Below are positions 11,511-21,214 of a stretch of DNA of 64,000 nt, piece after piece. The notes under the pieces were generated by a model that was not told the origin of the DNA, made no database searches, and saw nothing but the letters and a program-made list of their open reading frames with translations. Both the position numbers and the translations under genes were made by a program. Positions within the stretch are counted from its first letter, which is position 1, and the number at the start of each line of letters is the position of its first letter. This DNA is from Alphaproteobacteria bacterium (GTDB lineage Bacteria; Pseudomonadota; Alphaproteobacteria; MPNO01; UBA830): contig OZ219791.1 of NCBI GenBank assembly GCA_964291215.2, positions 1,568,001 through 1,632,000 on the forward strand, given 5' to 3'.

Positions 11511-12006
11511 TCGACTGCCTCCGAACGCCGCCGGACCGCTTTCCCGCGAGCCGCACCGCATCAAGCTAGCATCGCGGTATCGTCGAAAAAAGTGCCGGAC
11601 GCGGCGAGGCCGGGACTTTCCTCACGCTGTGGTTGATGTTTTGAATGACCGCTGAACGGGGCACAAATTTCCGCATTCTTGGCATGTTTTCCGGCTGCGG
11701 CGACCCGTGGACGGCCCCGCGGCCAGAAAACCCGGCAGGCTGTGCAACCTCACTCCATCAGCAGTCGGCAAGATCGAATGCAGCGTGGGAAAGTCCTGGC
11801 AGCGAGGCACGATGATCCATGCGGGGAAGTGGAATCCGGGTGCATCGAGGTTCGCGTTTTCGCAGATTCGGTTTCCCTGACCGCAACCTCTCCCGCCGGG
11901 CGGGCCTCAGGGAGCCACGAAGCCGGTCGCAACGCGGCCGGGGCTCGGGAACCACCGCCGATCATCGCGGGCTTCCAAGCATGGAATCGCTGCGGCCAAT
12001 CGCTGT

Positions 12007-12530
12007 CACGATGATCCCATGCTAATTCGTGCCTGCCTAAAAATGTACAACCGAAAGATTCTATTGGCGAAATCGTGATATAGAGGGGGCGGAGAATCTC
12101 GCTTTGGGGCAGGAATTGACCGATCAGACCGGGAATCCGCCGGATTTTCGGAAAACTTCACGAGAATTGCCACGCGAAACGTTATCCGCCCGCAGCTGGA
12201 GTTGGACCAGGTCGCGCTGGATTCTCGGCTGGAAAGGCCCTGTGCCGAATCGGCAGCCCCCCTGGAAACGGAGCAACCGGAGGCCGCGGGAGTGGATCAA
12301 ACCCGAAATTTCGCCGGAAGGTCAGTCAAAACGGTCATTTCCGCGCGGGCACTGATTCGGAGACGCGAAATCCGAATGCGTTGGGGCTCGCGTCATCACG
12401 GATCGCCTCCTTGATCGCAATTTTCGTGTCGAGAAGACCCCATCGAATCTTGGCGGAACGACTGCAGCGCGAGGCAAACTGAAAAAAATCTCGCCAGTCG
12501 TCGCTGGATTAGCAGCGTGGGATCATCGTG
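12007..12530. mobile_element. MITE family A, copy 2 (inverted), interrupted by a second small element
   Basis: TIR cacgatgatccca(t/c)gct at both ends; perfect 9-bp TSD aatcgctgt (11998-12006, 12531-12539). Confidence 0.92.
12029..12352. mobile_element. Non-coding MITE-like element (family B) nested in MITE A copy 2
   Basis: Imperfect TIR gtgcctgcctaaaaatg / rc gtgcccgcgcggaaatg; 6-bp duplication taattc/tgattc; removing it restores MITE A. Confidence 0.7.
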
Positions 12531-12619
12531 AATCGCTGTGACAGCCCGTTGCAAATCGGGCAGGTTCCGGATACCATGCGACGGTTCCCAACGAACCTCA
12601 ACCTGCAAGGAGGTCTGTC

Positions 12620-13927
12620 ATGAAGGAAAACAGTCTGCAAGACACACACGCTGACATCTTCGAACTCTACGCAGAGGATCCCGAAAGGGCGGATCGCGTC
12701 GTGTTCGGACGCGAACCGCACGGTGACCGCCGAGGATTCCTGAGAGGCGCCGGACTCGCCACCATGGGAGCGGTCATAGGTTCCGCCATCCCGTTTCACC
12801 GCAACATGCCGTCAGGCTTCATTCCCGAGGCCATCGCCGCCAATCCGGTGAAGATCGCCGGCAAGGACGGGCTTACCGTGCTCAACGACCGGCCGGTCAA
12901 CGCGGAGACCCCGGCGCACCTGCTCGACGACGAGGTAACTCCGACGGCCCGCCATTTCATCCGCAACAACGGTATCGTCCCGACGGACATGGATCCTGCA
13001 AAATGGCAGCTGCGGATCGACGGGCTGGTGAACACCCCGATGACCCTCGGCATCGAGGATCTGAAGAAGAGGTTCGAGGTCGTGACGCAGCGCCTGACCA
13101 TCGAGTGCGGTGGCAACGGCCGGGCATTCTTCGATCCGCCGGCGCGCGGCAACCAGTGGACGCTCGGCGCGGTCGCGTGCTCGGAATGGACCGGGGTCCG
13201 CCTCGCCGATGTCCTGAAGGCAGCGGGCGTGAAGGAAAATGTCGTCTACACCGCCCATGTTGGCGCCGATACGCACCTGTCGGGGACGGAAGGCAAGCTT
13301 CCGATCTCGCGCGGCGTGCCGATCGATAAGGCAATGAACCCGAGCAACCTCATCGCATTCGCGATGAACGGGGGCGCGCTCCACTCGATGAACGGCGCGC
13401 CGCTTCGGCTGGTGATTCCGGGATGGCCGGGGTCGTGCTCGCAGAAGTGGATCAAACGGATCTGGTTGAGGGATGTCGTGCATGACGGGCCCAAGATGAC
13501 CGGCTCTGCCTACCGGGTCCCCGACTACCCGGTTGCGCCCGGCGAAAAGGTGCCGAAAAACGCCATGAAGATCATCCACGCGATGCCGGTCAAATCCCTG
13601 ATCACGACGCCGAAGACGGGACTGTCCATCACCGGACGAAAGCTCGCGGTTGCGGGCCACGCGTGGGCCGGCGACAACGAGGTGACGCGGGTCGACGTCT
13701 CGATCGATTTCGGAGCGTCCTGGCAGCCCGCCGATCTCAGGCCCCCGGCCAATCCCTACGCCTGGCAGCGGTGGTCGGCGGAACTGTCGTTTCCGGAAAA
13801 GGGCTACTACGAGGTCTGGGCGCGGGCGATCGACGACGAGGGCACGAGCCAGCCGTTCGCCATTGCATGGAATCCCAAAGGGTATCTCAACAACTCGATG
13901 CACAGGATCTCCGTGCGCGTCAGCTGA
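12620..13927 (+). CDS. Tat-exported molybdopterin sulfite oxidase-family enzyme (SorA/SoxC-like)
   Basis: RRGFL Tat motif; NAETP, HFIRNNG, IECGGNGR (Mo-ligating Cys), WTGVRL, NGAPLRLVIPGW, HAWAG. Confidence 0.92.
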   Translation: MKENSLQDTHADIFELYAEDPERADRVVFGREPHGDRRGFLRGAGLATMGAVIGSAIPFHRNMPSGFIPEAIAANPVKIAGKDGLTVLNDRPVNAETPAHLLDDEVTPTARHFIRNNGIVPTDMDPAKWQLRIDGLVNTPMTLGIEDLKKRFEVVTQRLTIECGGNGRAFFDPPARGNQWTLGAVACSEWTGVRLADVLKAAGVKENVVYTAHVGADTHLSGTEGKLPISRGVPIDKAMNPSNLIAFAMNGGALHSMNGAPLRLVIPGWPGSCSQKWIKRIWLRDVVHDGPKMTGSAYRVPDYPVAPGEKVPKNAMKIIHAMPVKSLITTPKTGLSITGRKLAVAGHAWAGDNEVTRVDVSIDFGASWQPADLRPPANPYAWQRWSAELSFPEKGYYEVWARAIDDEGTSQPFAIAWNPKGYLNNSMHRISVRVS

Positions 13928-13932
13928 CCGCC

Positions 13933-14382
13933 ATGGCGCTACTCGCGTACGCCGCAGCATTCGCCGCTGCAGCCTGGACCGCGTTCATCCTGTTCGTTGC
14001 CGTCCTGTCGGGGACGGGAGTGCAGATGGCACAGCCTGGCGCCACGGCGCTCCCCGCTCCGCAGGCGTCTGCGACCGTACAGGTCGCCACGCCTGCGGCT
14101 GACGTCGACGAATACCAGGGGCTGCCTCCGGGCATCGGCCGCGACGAGGTGCTCGGCCTCTGCGGCGCCTGCCATTCAATGAAGCTCGTCACCCAGCAGG
14201 GCCTGTCGCGTTCGACATGGTCCGAAGTCCTTGAGTTCATGGTCGAGGAACAGGAGATGGCCGAGCTCGAGCCGGACGACGAGAAGCTGGTGCTCGATTA
14301 TCTCGAAAAGTTCTACGGCCCGGACCGGCTGGCACTGCAACTGAAACGCGAGGCCGGCGCGGCACCATCCGGAGGCAACTGA
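13933..14382 (+). CDS. Monoheme cytochrome c, probable SorB-like partner
   Basis: N-terminal hydrophobic segment; CGACH heme motif followed by SMKLVTQQG; adjacent to the sulfite oxidase. Confidence 0.82.
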   Translation: MALLAYAAAFAAAAWTAFILFVAVLSGTGVQMAQPGATALPAPQASATVQVATPAADVDEYQGLPPGIGRDEVLGLCGACHSMKLVTQQGLSRSTWSEVLEFMVEEQEMAELEPDDEKLVLDYLEKFYGPDRLALQLKREAGAAPSGGN

Positions 14383-14459
14383 CGGCCAGCACGGGAGAAC
14401 ATGAGGGACGCGGGACCGCCGAATTGCCAGTTTCGACATGAAAACGCATTATACGGCAC

Positions 14460-16811
14460 ATGCAGAACACCCGACCAATCGCGTCCGGGATCGGCAGCCT
14501 CGTAGGCACACCGGCAATTCGCCTCGAAGATGACGCGCTGCTGCGGGGCAGCGCCAGGTTTCTCGGTGACATCCACCTGCCCGGCGAGACCCACGCGGCA
14601 TTCCTGCGCTCGACAGAGCCGCATGCCGACATCCGTGACATCGACATCTCGGAGACCCTTCTCCAGCCCGGCGTGATCGCCGTGCTCACGGGCCGGGATC
14701 TCGCCGCCGACGGCATCGGCGGCATCCCCTGGGAGGTCGTTCCGCCGGCAGCGACGATGGACGGGCGCAAGGTGCCGCCCGGGGATCCTTCGATCGCGCG
14801 GCCGCAACCGGCGATGCCCGCCGACCGGGTCCTCTACGCGGGACAGATCATCGCCATGGTCGTTGCCGAAACCGCGGACGCCGCGCGCGACGGTCTCGAA
14901 TCGATTGCCGTGGACTACGAGCCGCTAGCCGCCGCCATCGACATTGAGGACGCTCTGGCCGAGGACGCTCCCGTCATCGATCCGCAGTTCCCGGACAATA
15001 TCTGCTTCCGCGTGGCCTACGGCGACAGGAAAGCGACAGACGCAGCGTTCGCCCGGGCATCGCATGTGACGCGCATCCAGCACGTGCATAACCGTGGGGT
15101 GGGCGCCCCGATCGAGACCAGGGGCTATATCGGCAGTTGGAATCCGGAGCCCGGAAAATTCACGCTTCACGCTACGGCCGGCAAGCCGCATCCGATCCGC
15201 GACACGCTGGCCAGGTTCTGCTTCTTTTGCGATCCGGACAAGATCCGCGTCGTCGTGCCGCGCCTCGGCGGCGGATTCGGCGCCAAGAATGTCCTTCACA
15301 GCGAACAGGTTCTGGTTCTCTGGGCGGCGCGCCGGATCAGGCGCCCGGTGCGGTGGATATCCGACCGTTCGGAGTCCTTTCTTGGCGACGTTCACAGCCG
15401 CGACCTCTTCGGACACGCCGAGTACGCATTCGATTCGCGGCACCGGCTTCTGGCCATGCGGGTCACCAACAATGCCGCACTCGGCGCCTACTTGGCACCG
15501 CGCGCCGTCAACCCGGTCCGCAACTCAGTCAAGATCGCACCGTCGGTCTATGACGTGCCGACCGGATATCTCGAAGCACGCGCCGTGTTGACCAATACCG
15601 TGCCAACCTGCCCCATACGCGGCGCCGGCGAGCCCGAGGGCCAGTACATTCCAGAGCGGTTGATGGACGCCTCGGCGCGGGAACTCGGCCTCGACCGAAC
15701 CGCCCTCCGCCGCGCCAACCTGATCGCGTCGGACGCCCTGCCCTACAGGACGGTGACCGAATTCACGTATGACAGCGGCGAGTTCGAGGCCAATCTCGAC
15801 CGCGCGCTGGAGCTCGCCGACCGCGAGGGGTACGACGCCCGCCGCGCCGGCTCGCACGGGCGCGGACTGCTGCGCGGCTTCGCCGTGTGCAACACCATCG
15901 AGGCGCTGGCCTCGGGACTCGACGAGGAATCCGACATCAGGTGCCGTCCCGACGGCCTCGTCGAACTGCGCATAGGGTCGATGTGCAACGGCCAAGGCCA
16001 CGACACCGTCTATGCCCAAATCGCCGCCGGCATGCTCGGCATCGCGATGGATAGGGTACGGGTCATCCAGGGCGACACCGACGACATCGCCTACGGGACC
16101 GGAACCGGAGCCTGCCGCTCGCTGGTCATTGGCGGTTCCGCGGTAGTGCAGTCGGCCGACAAGCTCATAGAACTCGGCCGGGAGGCCGCGGCGCGCCGGC
16201 TCGAAGCGGCGCCCGAGGATATCGAGTTCACCGACGGGACCTTCTCCGTGGCAGGGACGGACCGGACACTGGCTTTCGACCGGATCGTGGAAGGTGAGGA
16301 CGGTCTCGCGGCATCCAGCCGTTTCGTGCCCGAAAACTTCTCCTATCCCACCGGCGCCCATTGTTGCGAGGTCGAGATCGACTCCGAAACCGGCGCCGTT
16401 CATATCGACCGCTATGTCATGGTCCATGACTGCGGCACGCCGGTGAACCCGACGCTCGTCAAGGCGCAGCTCCGCGGCGGCGTGGTCCACGGCCTCGGCC
16501 AGGCGTTTTCCGAGCATGTCGTCTACGACCGCCGGAGCGGCCAGATACTGTCGGGATCGTTCCTCGATTACGGCCTTCCGCGCGCCGACGACATTCCGAG
16601 TTCATGCTTTGTCTGCGAACTCAGGCCGGTCCCGGCTCCGACCAATCCGCTGGGCGCCAAGTCGATCGGCGAGGCCGGCGTCGCGATATCGCCGATTCTC
16701 GCGGTCAACGCCGTGGTCGACGCCCTAGGGCCGCTCGGCGTGACCGACATTTCGATGCCCATGACGCCGGCGCGGGTGCGTGCCGCCATCGGCGGGGCTG
16801 CAACAAACTGA
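14460..16811 (+). CDS. Xanthine dehydrogenase-family molybdopterin-binding large subunit (CoxL-like, not form I CODH)
   Basis: RLEDDALLRG, LGGGFGAK, RGAGEPE, NGQGHDT, NPLGAKSIGEAG. Confidence 0.9.
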   Translation: MQNTRPIASGIGSLVGTPAIRLEDDALLRGSARFLGDIHLPGETHAAFLRSTEPHADIRDIDISETLLQPGVIAVLTGRDLAADGIGGIPWEVVPPAATMDGRKVPPGDPSIARPQPAMPADRVLYAGQIIAMVVAETADAARDGLESIAVDYEPLAAAIDIEDALAEDAPVIDPQFPDNICFRVAYGDRKATDAAFARASHVTRIQHVHNRGVGAPIETRGYIGSWNPEPGKFTLHATAGKPHPIRDTLARFCFFCDPDKIRVVVPRLGGGFGAKNVLHSEQVLVLWAARRIRRPVRWISDRSESFLGDVHSRDLFGHAEYAFDSRHRLLAMRVTNNAALGAYLAPRAVNPVRNSVKIAPSVYDVPTGYLEARAVLTNTVPTCPIRGAGEPEGQYIPERLMDASARELGLDRTALRRANLIASDALPYRTVTEFTYDSGEFEANLDRALELADREGYDARRAGSHGRGLLRGFAVCNTIEALASGLDEESDIRCRPDGLVELRIGSMCNGQGHDTVYAQIAAGMLGIAMDRVRVIQGDTDDIAYGTGTGACRSLVIGGSAVVQSADKLIELGREAAARRLEAAPEDIEFTDGTFSVAGTDRTLAFDRIVEGEDGLAASSRFVPENFSYPTGAHCCEVEIDSETGAVHIDRYVMVHDCGTPVNPTLVKAQLRGGVVHGLGQAFSEHVVYDRRSGQILSGSFLDYGLPRADDIPSSCFVCELRPVPAPTNPLGAKSIGEAGVAISPILAVNAVVDALGPLGVTDISMPMTPARVRAAIGGAATN

Positions 16812-16827
16812 TGACCGGAGGACCGAC

Positions 16828-17898
16828 ATGCCGCTCCTGATTAACAATGACGTCACCTCCCGGGTTCTCGTCACCGGGGAGGCCATCGACGTCATGGAGG
16901 ATGCCTTCCGCCAGTACGCCGAGGGCATGGCGATGTTCCAGACCCGGACCGACATGTGGTCGCCGACGGCCGCCCAGGGGGACTATTATCGCTGGGGCTC
17001 CCTGATCGGCGCGATTTCCGACCCGCCGACGTTGGCGTTCCGCTTCAAGTCCGACATCCTGACCTGGCGCGAATACGGCGGTGCAGTCACCGAGGAATGG
17101 CACTGCGTCGAGCCCGGCAGCTATTGCGGCTTCATCCTGCTGATCGACACATCGAACGGCGAACTCATCGGCATGCTCAATGACGGCATTATCCAGCATG
17201 AGCGCGTTGGCGCCACCACCGGGGTCGGCGTCAAGTACCTCGCACGCGAGGATTCCAGAGTTGTCGGCATGCTCGGATCGGGCGGCATGGCGCGGTCCTA
17301 CCTGCGCGCGATCCGCGAGGTCCGGAACATAGAGGAATGCCGGGTCTATAGCCCGGCACCAGAGAACAGGAAGCGCTTCGCGGCCGAGATGTGCGCGGAG
17401 CTGGGCATCCGGGTGATGGCGGTCGAGGATCGCGAGACGGCGCTCGCCGATGCCGACATCGCGACGCTCTGCACGGATTCCCGCGTACCGATCTTCACCG
17501 GCAACATGGTCGGGCTGCTGCGGCCCGGCGCCCTGATCGTCAATGTCCGCCACGACGAGATCGACGCCGAGACCTACGATGCCTGTGATCGCGTCGTAAT
17601 CACCTCGAACACAAGGCTCAACGATTTCGTGATGGGATCGGAGGAGGACCGCAACCGGCGGCCGATGGATGTCCATTACCGCCGCCGCTATCGGAACACG
17701 GAGTTCGAAGAGCTGCCGCCGATCACCGCCGGACAGAAGCCGGGCCGGCAGGACGAGTCCGAACTGATCTTCTTCCACAACATCTCCGCCGGCATACAGT
17801 TCGCCGCCGTCGGCCGGCTGGTCTACGAGCGCGCGCGCGAACGCGGGCTCGGCACGCCGCTGCCGATCGAATGGTTCCTCCAGGATATCCGCAACTGA
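16828..17898 (+). CDS. Ornithine cyclodeaminase/mu-crystallin family protein
   Basis: RVGATTGVGVKYLARED, GMLGSGGMA, GIQFAAVGRLVYERA; RBS ggagg. Confidence 0.88.
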   Translation: MPLLINNDVTSRVLVTGEAIDVMEDAFRQYAEGMAMFQTRTDMWSPTAAQGDYYRWGSLIGAISDPPTLAFRFKSDILTWREYGGAVTEEWHCVEPGSYCGFILLIDTSNGELIGMLNDGIIQHERVGATTGVGVKYLAREDSRVVGMLGSGGMARSYLRAIREVRNIEECRVYSPAPENRKRFAAEMCAELGIRVMAVEDRETALADADIATLCTDSRVPIFTGNMVGLLRPGALIVNVRHDEIDAETYDACDRVVITSNTRLNDFVMGSEEDRNRRPMDVHYRRRYRNTEFEELPPITAGQKPGRQDESELIFFHNISAGIQFAAVGRLVYERARERGLGTPLPIEWFLQDIRN

Positions 17899-17920
17899 CC
17901 CGGCGGCGGACGACAAGCCC

Positions 17921-18484
17921 ATGCCTGCGGGCGAGCGGTCCGCCGCCGGGGCACGCGGCGATGCCGTCACGCCATCCCCGACCATGACGGACGACCTCCA
18001 GGCCGCGATGGCGGATCTCCTGCTCCTGCGGGAGATCGAGGCCTTCCTCATCCGCGAGGCGGCGCTCCTCGACGAACGCAGGCTCGGCGAATGGGCAGCG
18101 CTGTTCTCCGAGGACGGCTACTACTGGGCACCGGCGTCGCCCGGCCAGGGGGATCCGCACGACGCTCCGTCGCTGTTCTTCGATGACGCGCCGGCGCTCA
18201 GGGCGCGTTACGGAGAGGCGGGCGGCGGCCTTCCGCCGTCGCGCACGAACCATCTGGTCTCGAACGTGACCATCGAATCGCAGAACCGCAGGCTCGACGC
18301 CTTCGAGGTCGGTGCACGCTTCGTCTTGATCGAGGTCCAGCCCGGACAGCCGGCGCGCCTGTTCAGTGGCCGCGCCGAGTACGCGCTCTTGCGCAAGGCG
18401 CCCCCGGTCTTCGAGATCGCGGCGAAAAAGGCGACGATCGTCAATTCGGAAGGCATCGCCTTCGCGATCGCCTTGCCCTTCTGA
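17921..18484 (+). CDS. Aromatic-ring-hydroxylating dioxygenase beta-subunit-like (NTF2 fold)
   Basis: IEAFLIREAALLDERRLGEWAALF..DGYYWAP, SRTNHLVSNV; alternative start at 17984. Confidence 0.8.
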   Translation: MPAGERSAAGARGDAVTPSPTMTDDLQAAMADLLLLREIEAFLIREAALLDERRLGEWAALFSEDGYYWAPASPGQGDPHDAPSLFFDDAPALRARYGEAGGGLPPSRTNHLVSNVTIESQNRRLDAFEVGARFVLIEVQPGQPARLFSGRAEYALLRKAPPVFEIAAKKATIVNSEGIAFAIALPF

Positions 18485-18635
18485 CCCGCCGCGCGCGTCG
18501 GAACGGAAGAGGAATACTCACCCGCCGCCCCAAACCGACTGCGCGCAACACTCAAAGCGCCGCGCCAGCCTCCACGCCGGAACTTTCAAGCAGCCGTCGT
18601 TAACTCGCCGTTCATGAGGCCTTATATAGCGGCCC

Positions 18636-19075
18636 ATGAGAATTGGCTTTCGATTTCTATCCGCGGCAACGGTTGATTGGCTGAAGGCGGCGTCGGTTGC
18701 CGAGGGCGGCACGCGCTCGTCACTGGCGCAGGAATTGTGCGAGCGTGAGGACTGGCGCAACGCGAAGGGCGGGCTGTGCCTTGCCACGGCGCGTGCGGCT
18801 CTGCCTGATCTTGCCTCGACGCTCGGCATCGTTCTTCCTGCACCACGGCCTCACGGCCTCAACACCGGCATCCTTGATCGGGCCTATCCCGACAAGCCAC
18901 TCGCATGTTCTCTGGAGGAGCGAGGTCACCGTGGAGCCGGTCGGCGACGGCGAGGACAAGCGCATGGCCCGGTCGATGAGGGCGAGGTGCGCGGCGCCCG
19001 GAGTGAGCTACTGGATCACCTTGTCGCGTCACGGCCGCCTCGGCGGCCTGGTGTTCCGTGCCGCCAGTTGGTGTT
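18636..19075 (+). pseudogene. N-terminal remnant of a DUF4338-type transposase-associated protein
   Basis: TRSSLAQELCEREDWRNAKGGLCLATAR, then a frameshift to SYWITLSRHGRLGGLVFRAASW; truncated by an AT-richer IS-end-like segment. Confidence 0.55.
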
Positions 19076-19354
19076 GTCGGTTGCATAAAACGGCGGGATT
19101 TCGGCGATTCGCCGCGCTTTTCAGGATCGTGTTTCTTTCTTGTTGTTATGTCCTGTTGTCGCGGTTTCAGTGTTTGTCTGTTTGTCACAGTATCAGGCTG
19201 AAAGACGCCGGAAACACTCCCCCTGCGACAAAAACCCGATCAAAGCCTGCGCACGTTCATCGGTACCTTCAAAACCATCGCCTCGCACTGTTGAATACCA
19301 CACCGGACCCCGTCCATCCCTACAATGAACTGCGCCTGCCAGTAGCTCATAACT

Positions 19355-19551
19355 CACGCTGATCCCACGCTGCTGATCCAGCGACGACTAGCGAAATTCT
19401 TCAATCTGCGTCGCGCTGCAATCGTGCCACCAAGGCTCGATGAGCCCTTCGCGGCACAAAAGATTGCAATCAAGGGGGGGGGCGATTTGTGATGACGCGA
19501 GCCTCAACGTACTCGGATTTCGCGCCTCCGAATTAGCATGGGATCATCGTG
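19355..19551. mobile_element. MITE family A, copy 3
   Basis: cacgctgatcccacgct ... agcatgggatcatcgtg; 9-bp TSD ctcataact/ctcatagct. Confidence 0.9.
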
Positions 19552-19647
19552 CTCATAGCTTTGGCCGGCTTGACTATCGCACACGGTGACGCTATTGCAG
19601 GCACCGTGCACCAACCTGATCGAATTCAACAGACACGGGAGGACCAG

Positions 19648-20685
19648 ATGATCCAAGGAATTGTGCGCGGCATTCTTCCAGCCGCCGCGGTCGTTGCGCT
19701 CGGAATAGCGCCAGCGGTGGCAAAGGACATGAGAGCCGTCACCTCACTTCAGCAGACCAACACACTGACCAAGAGTTTCCTTCAGACAATGGTCGGGCCG
19801 CACAACGCGGCGGCGGATCAGACACTGAAGATCGTCTATATCGGCGGCCAGGAAATCGTCCCACCGCGCAAGGCCGCGAACGCGCTTAAGCGGGGGCAGT
19901 TCGACATGCTGCATTCGCCGACCGCTTACTACATCGGCACCGTGCCGGAAGGCTACGCGATTCTCGCCGCCAACCAGGGGCCGTCGGCGCTCCGCAAGAA
20001 CGGCGCGTGGAAGATTCTTGAGGAGATCTACATGAAGAAGGCTGGCGCGCACCTGCTGGCCTGGGGCGAAAGCATGACTTCGTATCACATGTATCTCGCC
20101 AAGAAGCCGCCGATGAAGGACGGCATACCGGACCTCACCGGCATGAAGATGCGTGCGACGGGAACCTACCGCCCGCTCTTCCGCGCTCTCGGCGCGTCGA
20201 CCATCAACATCAAGGGCAGCGAGATCTTCACTGCGATGCAGCGCGGCACGGTCGTAGGCTTCGGGTTCACGGATGTGTCGGTGGTTGCGAACGGCTACCA
20301 CAAGGTGACCAAGTTCCGGGTCATACCGAACTTCTACCAGACCAACACGGTCGTGACCGTGAACGCCGCTGTGTGGAAGGGCCTCAGCGACGCGGAGAAG
20401 ACGGCGCTCAACAAGTCGGCTATCGAGTACGAGACGGCCTCGATCCATCTCGTAGAGAAGTGGCGCCACGAGGAGGAAAAAACCCTCAAGGAATCCGGGG
20501 TCCAGGACATCGTGCTGAAGGGCGATGCTGCGGCGCGCTATCTCGACATCGCGCACCAGGAGATTTGGAAGGAACTCAAGAAGCGGTCGGAGTATCATGA
20601 CGCGCTCAAGCCCCTGATGTATATCCCCGGCAAGCCCAACCGGCAGGTCGACCTCATGAGCGCGACCAAGCGTCTCCGCCAATAG
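19648..20685 (+). CDS. dctP: TRAP transporter substrate-binding protein
   Basis: Signal peptide after RBS ggagg; DLTGMKMRA, EIFTAMQRGTVVG; followed by small and large permeases. Confidence 0.88.
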   Translation: MIQGIVRGILPAAAVVALGIAPAVAKDMRAVTSLQQTNTLTKSFLQTMVGPHNAAADQTLKIVYIGGQEIVPPRKAANALKRGQFDMLHSPTAYYIGTVPEGYAILAANQGPSALRKNGAWKILEEIYMKKAGAHLLAWGESMTSYHMYLAKKPPMKDGIPDLTGMKMRATGTYRPLFRALGASTINIKGSEIFTAMQRGTVVGFGFTDVSVVANGYHKVTKFRVIPNFYQTNTVVTVNAAVWKGLSDAEKTALNKSAIEYETASIHLVEKWRHEEEKTLKESGVQDIVLKGDAAARYLDIAHQEIWKELKKRSEYHDALKPLMYIPGKPNRQVDLMSATKRLRQ

Positions 20686-20698
20686 TCCCGTCCATTCG

Positions 20699-21214
20699 AT
20701 GGACGCATTCGACGAGGTCCTCGGAAAGGTCTCGACGGCGCTGGCATGGGTTGCCAGCGCCGTCATACCCTGCCTGTTCACGATGATCGTTATCGACGTG
20801 TCGCTGCGCACGGTCGGCGTTACGCCGCCACTGTTCACGTCGTCGGTGGTCGAATACGCCCTCCTCTACATCGCGATGTTATCGGCGCCGTGGCTGGTGC
20901 GCCAGAAGGGGCATGTCGCGATCGAAGCATTCGTCTCCATACTGCCGCCCGTGATACGGGAGCCGCTGGCCCGTGTCGTCTATGTCATCTGCTTCCTCGC
21001 CGCACTCCTGTTCACGTGGTTCGCGTGGGGGCTCTTCATCGAGACCGCCGAGTCGGGACAGCTCGATGTGCGCGGCGTCGACATGCCCTACTGGGGGCAG
21101 TTCCTGCCGATGATGATCGGCTTCGCTCTCGTCGCCCTCGAATTCCTGATGTATGTCGCCGGCCGCCGCCACTACTACTCCTACGACCTCGGCGAAGTGA
21201 AGGACAGCGTCTAG
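20699..21214 (+). CDS. dctQ: TRAP transporter small permease
   Basis: Four TM segments, DVSLR, LSAPWLVRQKGHVAIE. Confidence 0.88.
   Translation: MDAFDEVLGKVSTALAWVASAVIPCLFTMIVIDVSLRTVGVTPPLFTSSVVEYALLYIAMLSAPWLVRQKGHVAIEAFVSILPPVIREPLARVVYVICFLAALLFTWFAWGLFIETAESGQLDVRGVDMPYWGQFLPMMIGFALVALEFLMYVAGRRHYYSYDLGEVKDSV

Noticed and set aside
14460-16811. Aerobic CO dehydrogenase call
   Set aside because: Lacks the form I AYRCSFR loop and neighbouring coxM/coxS.
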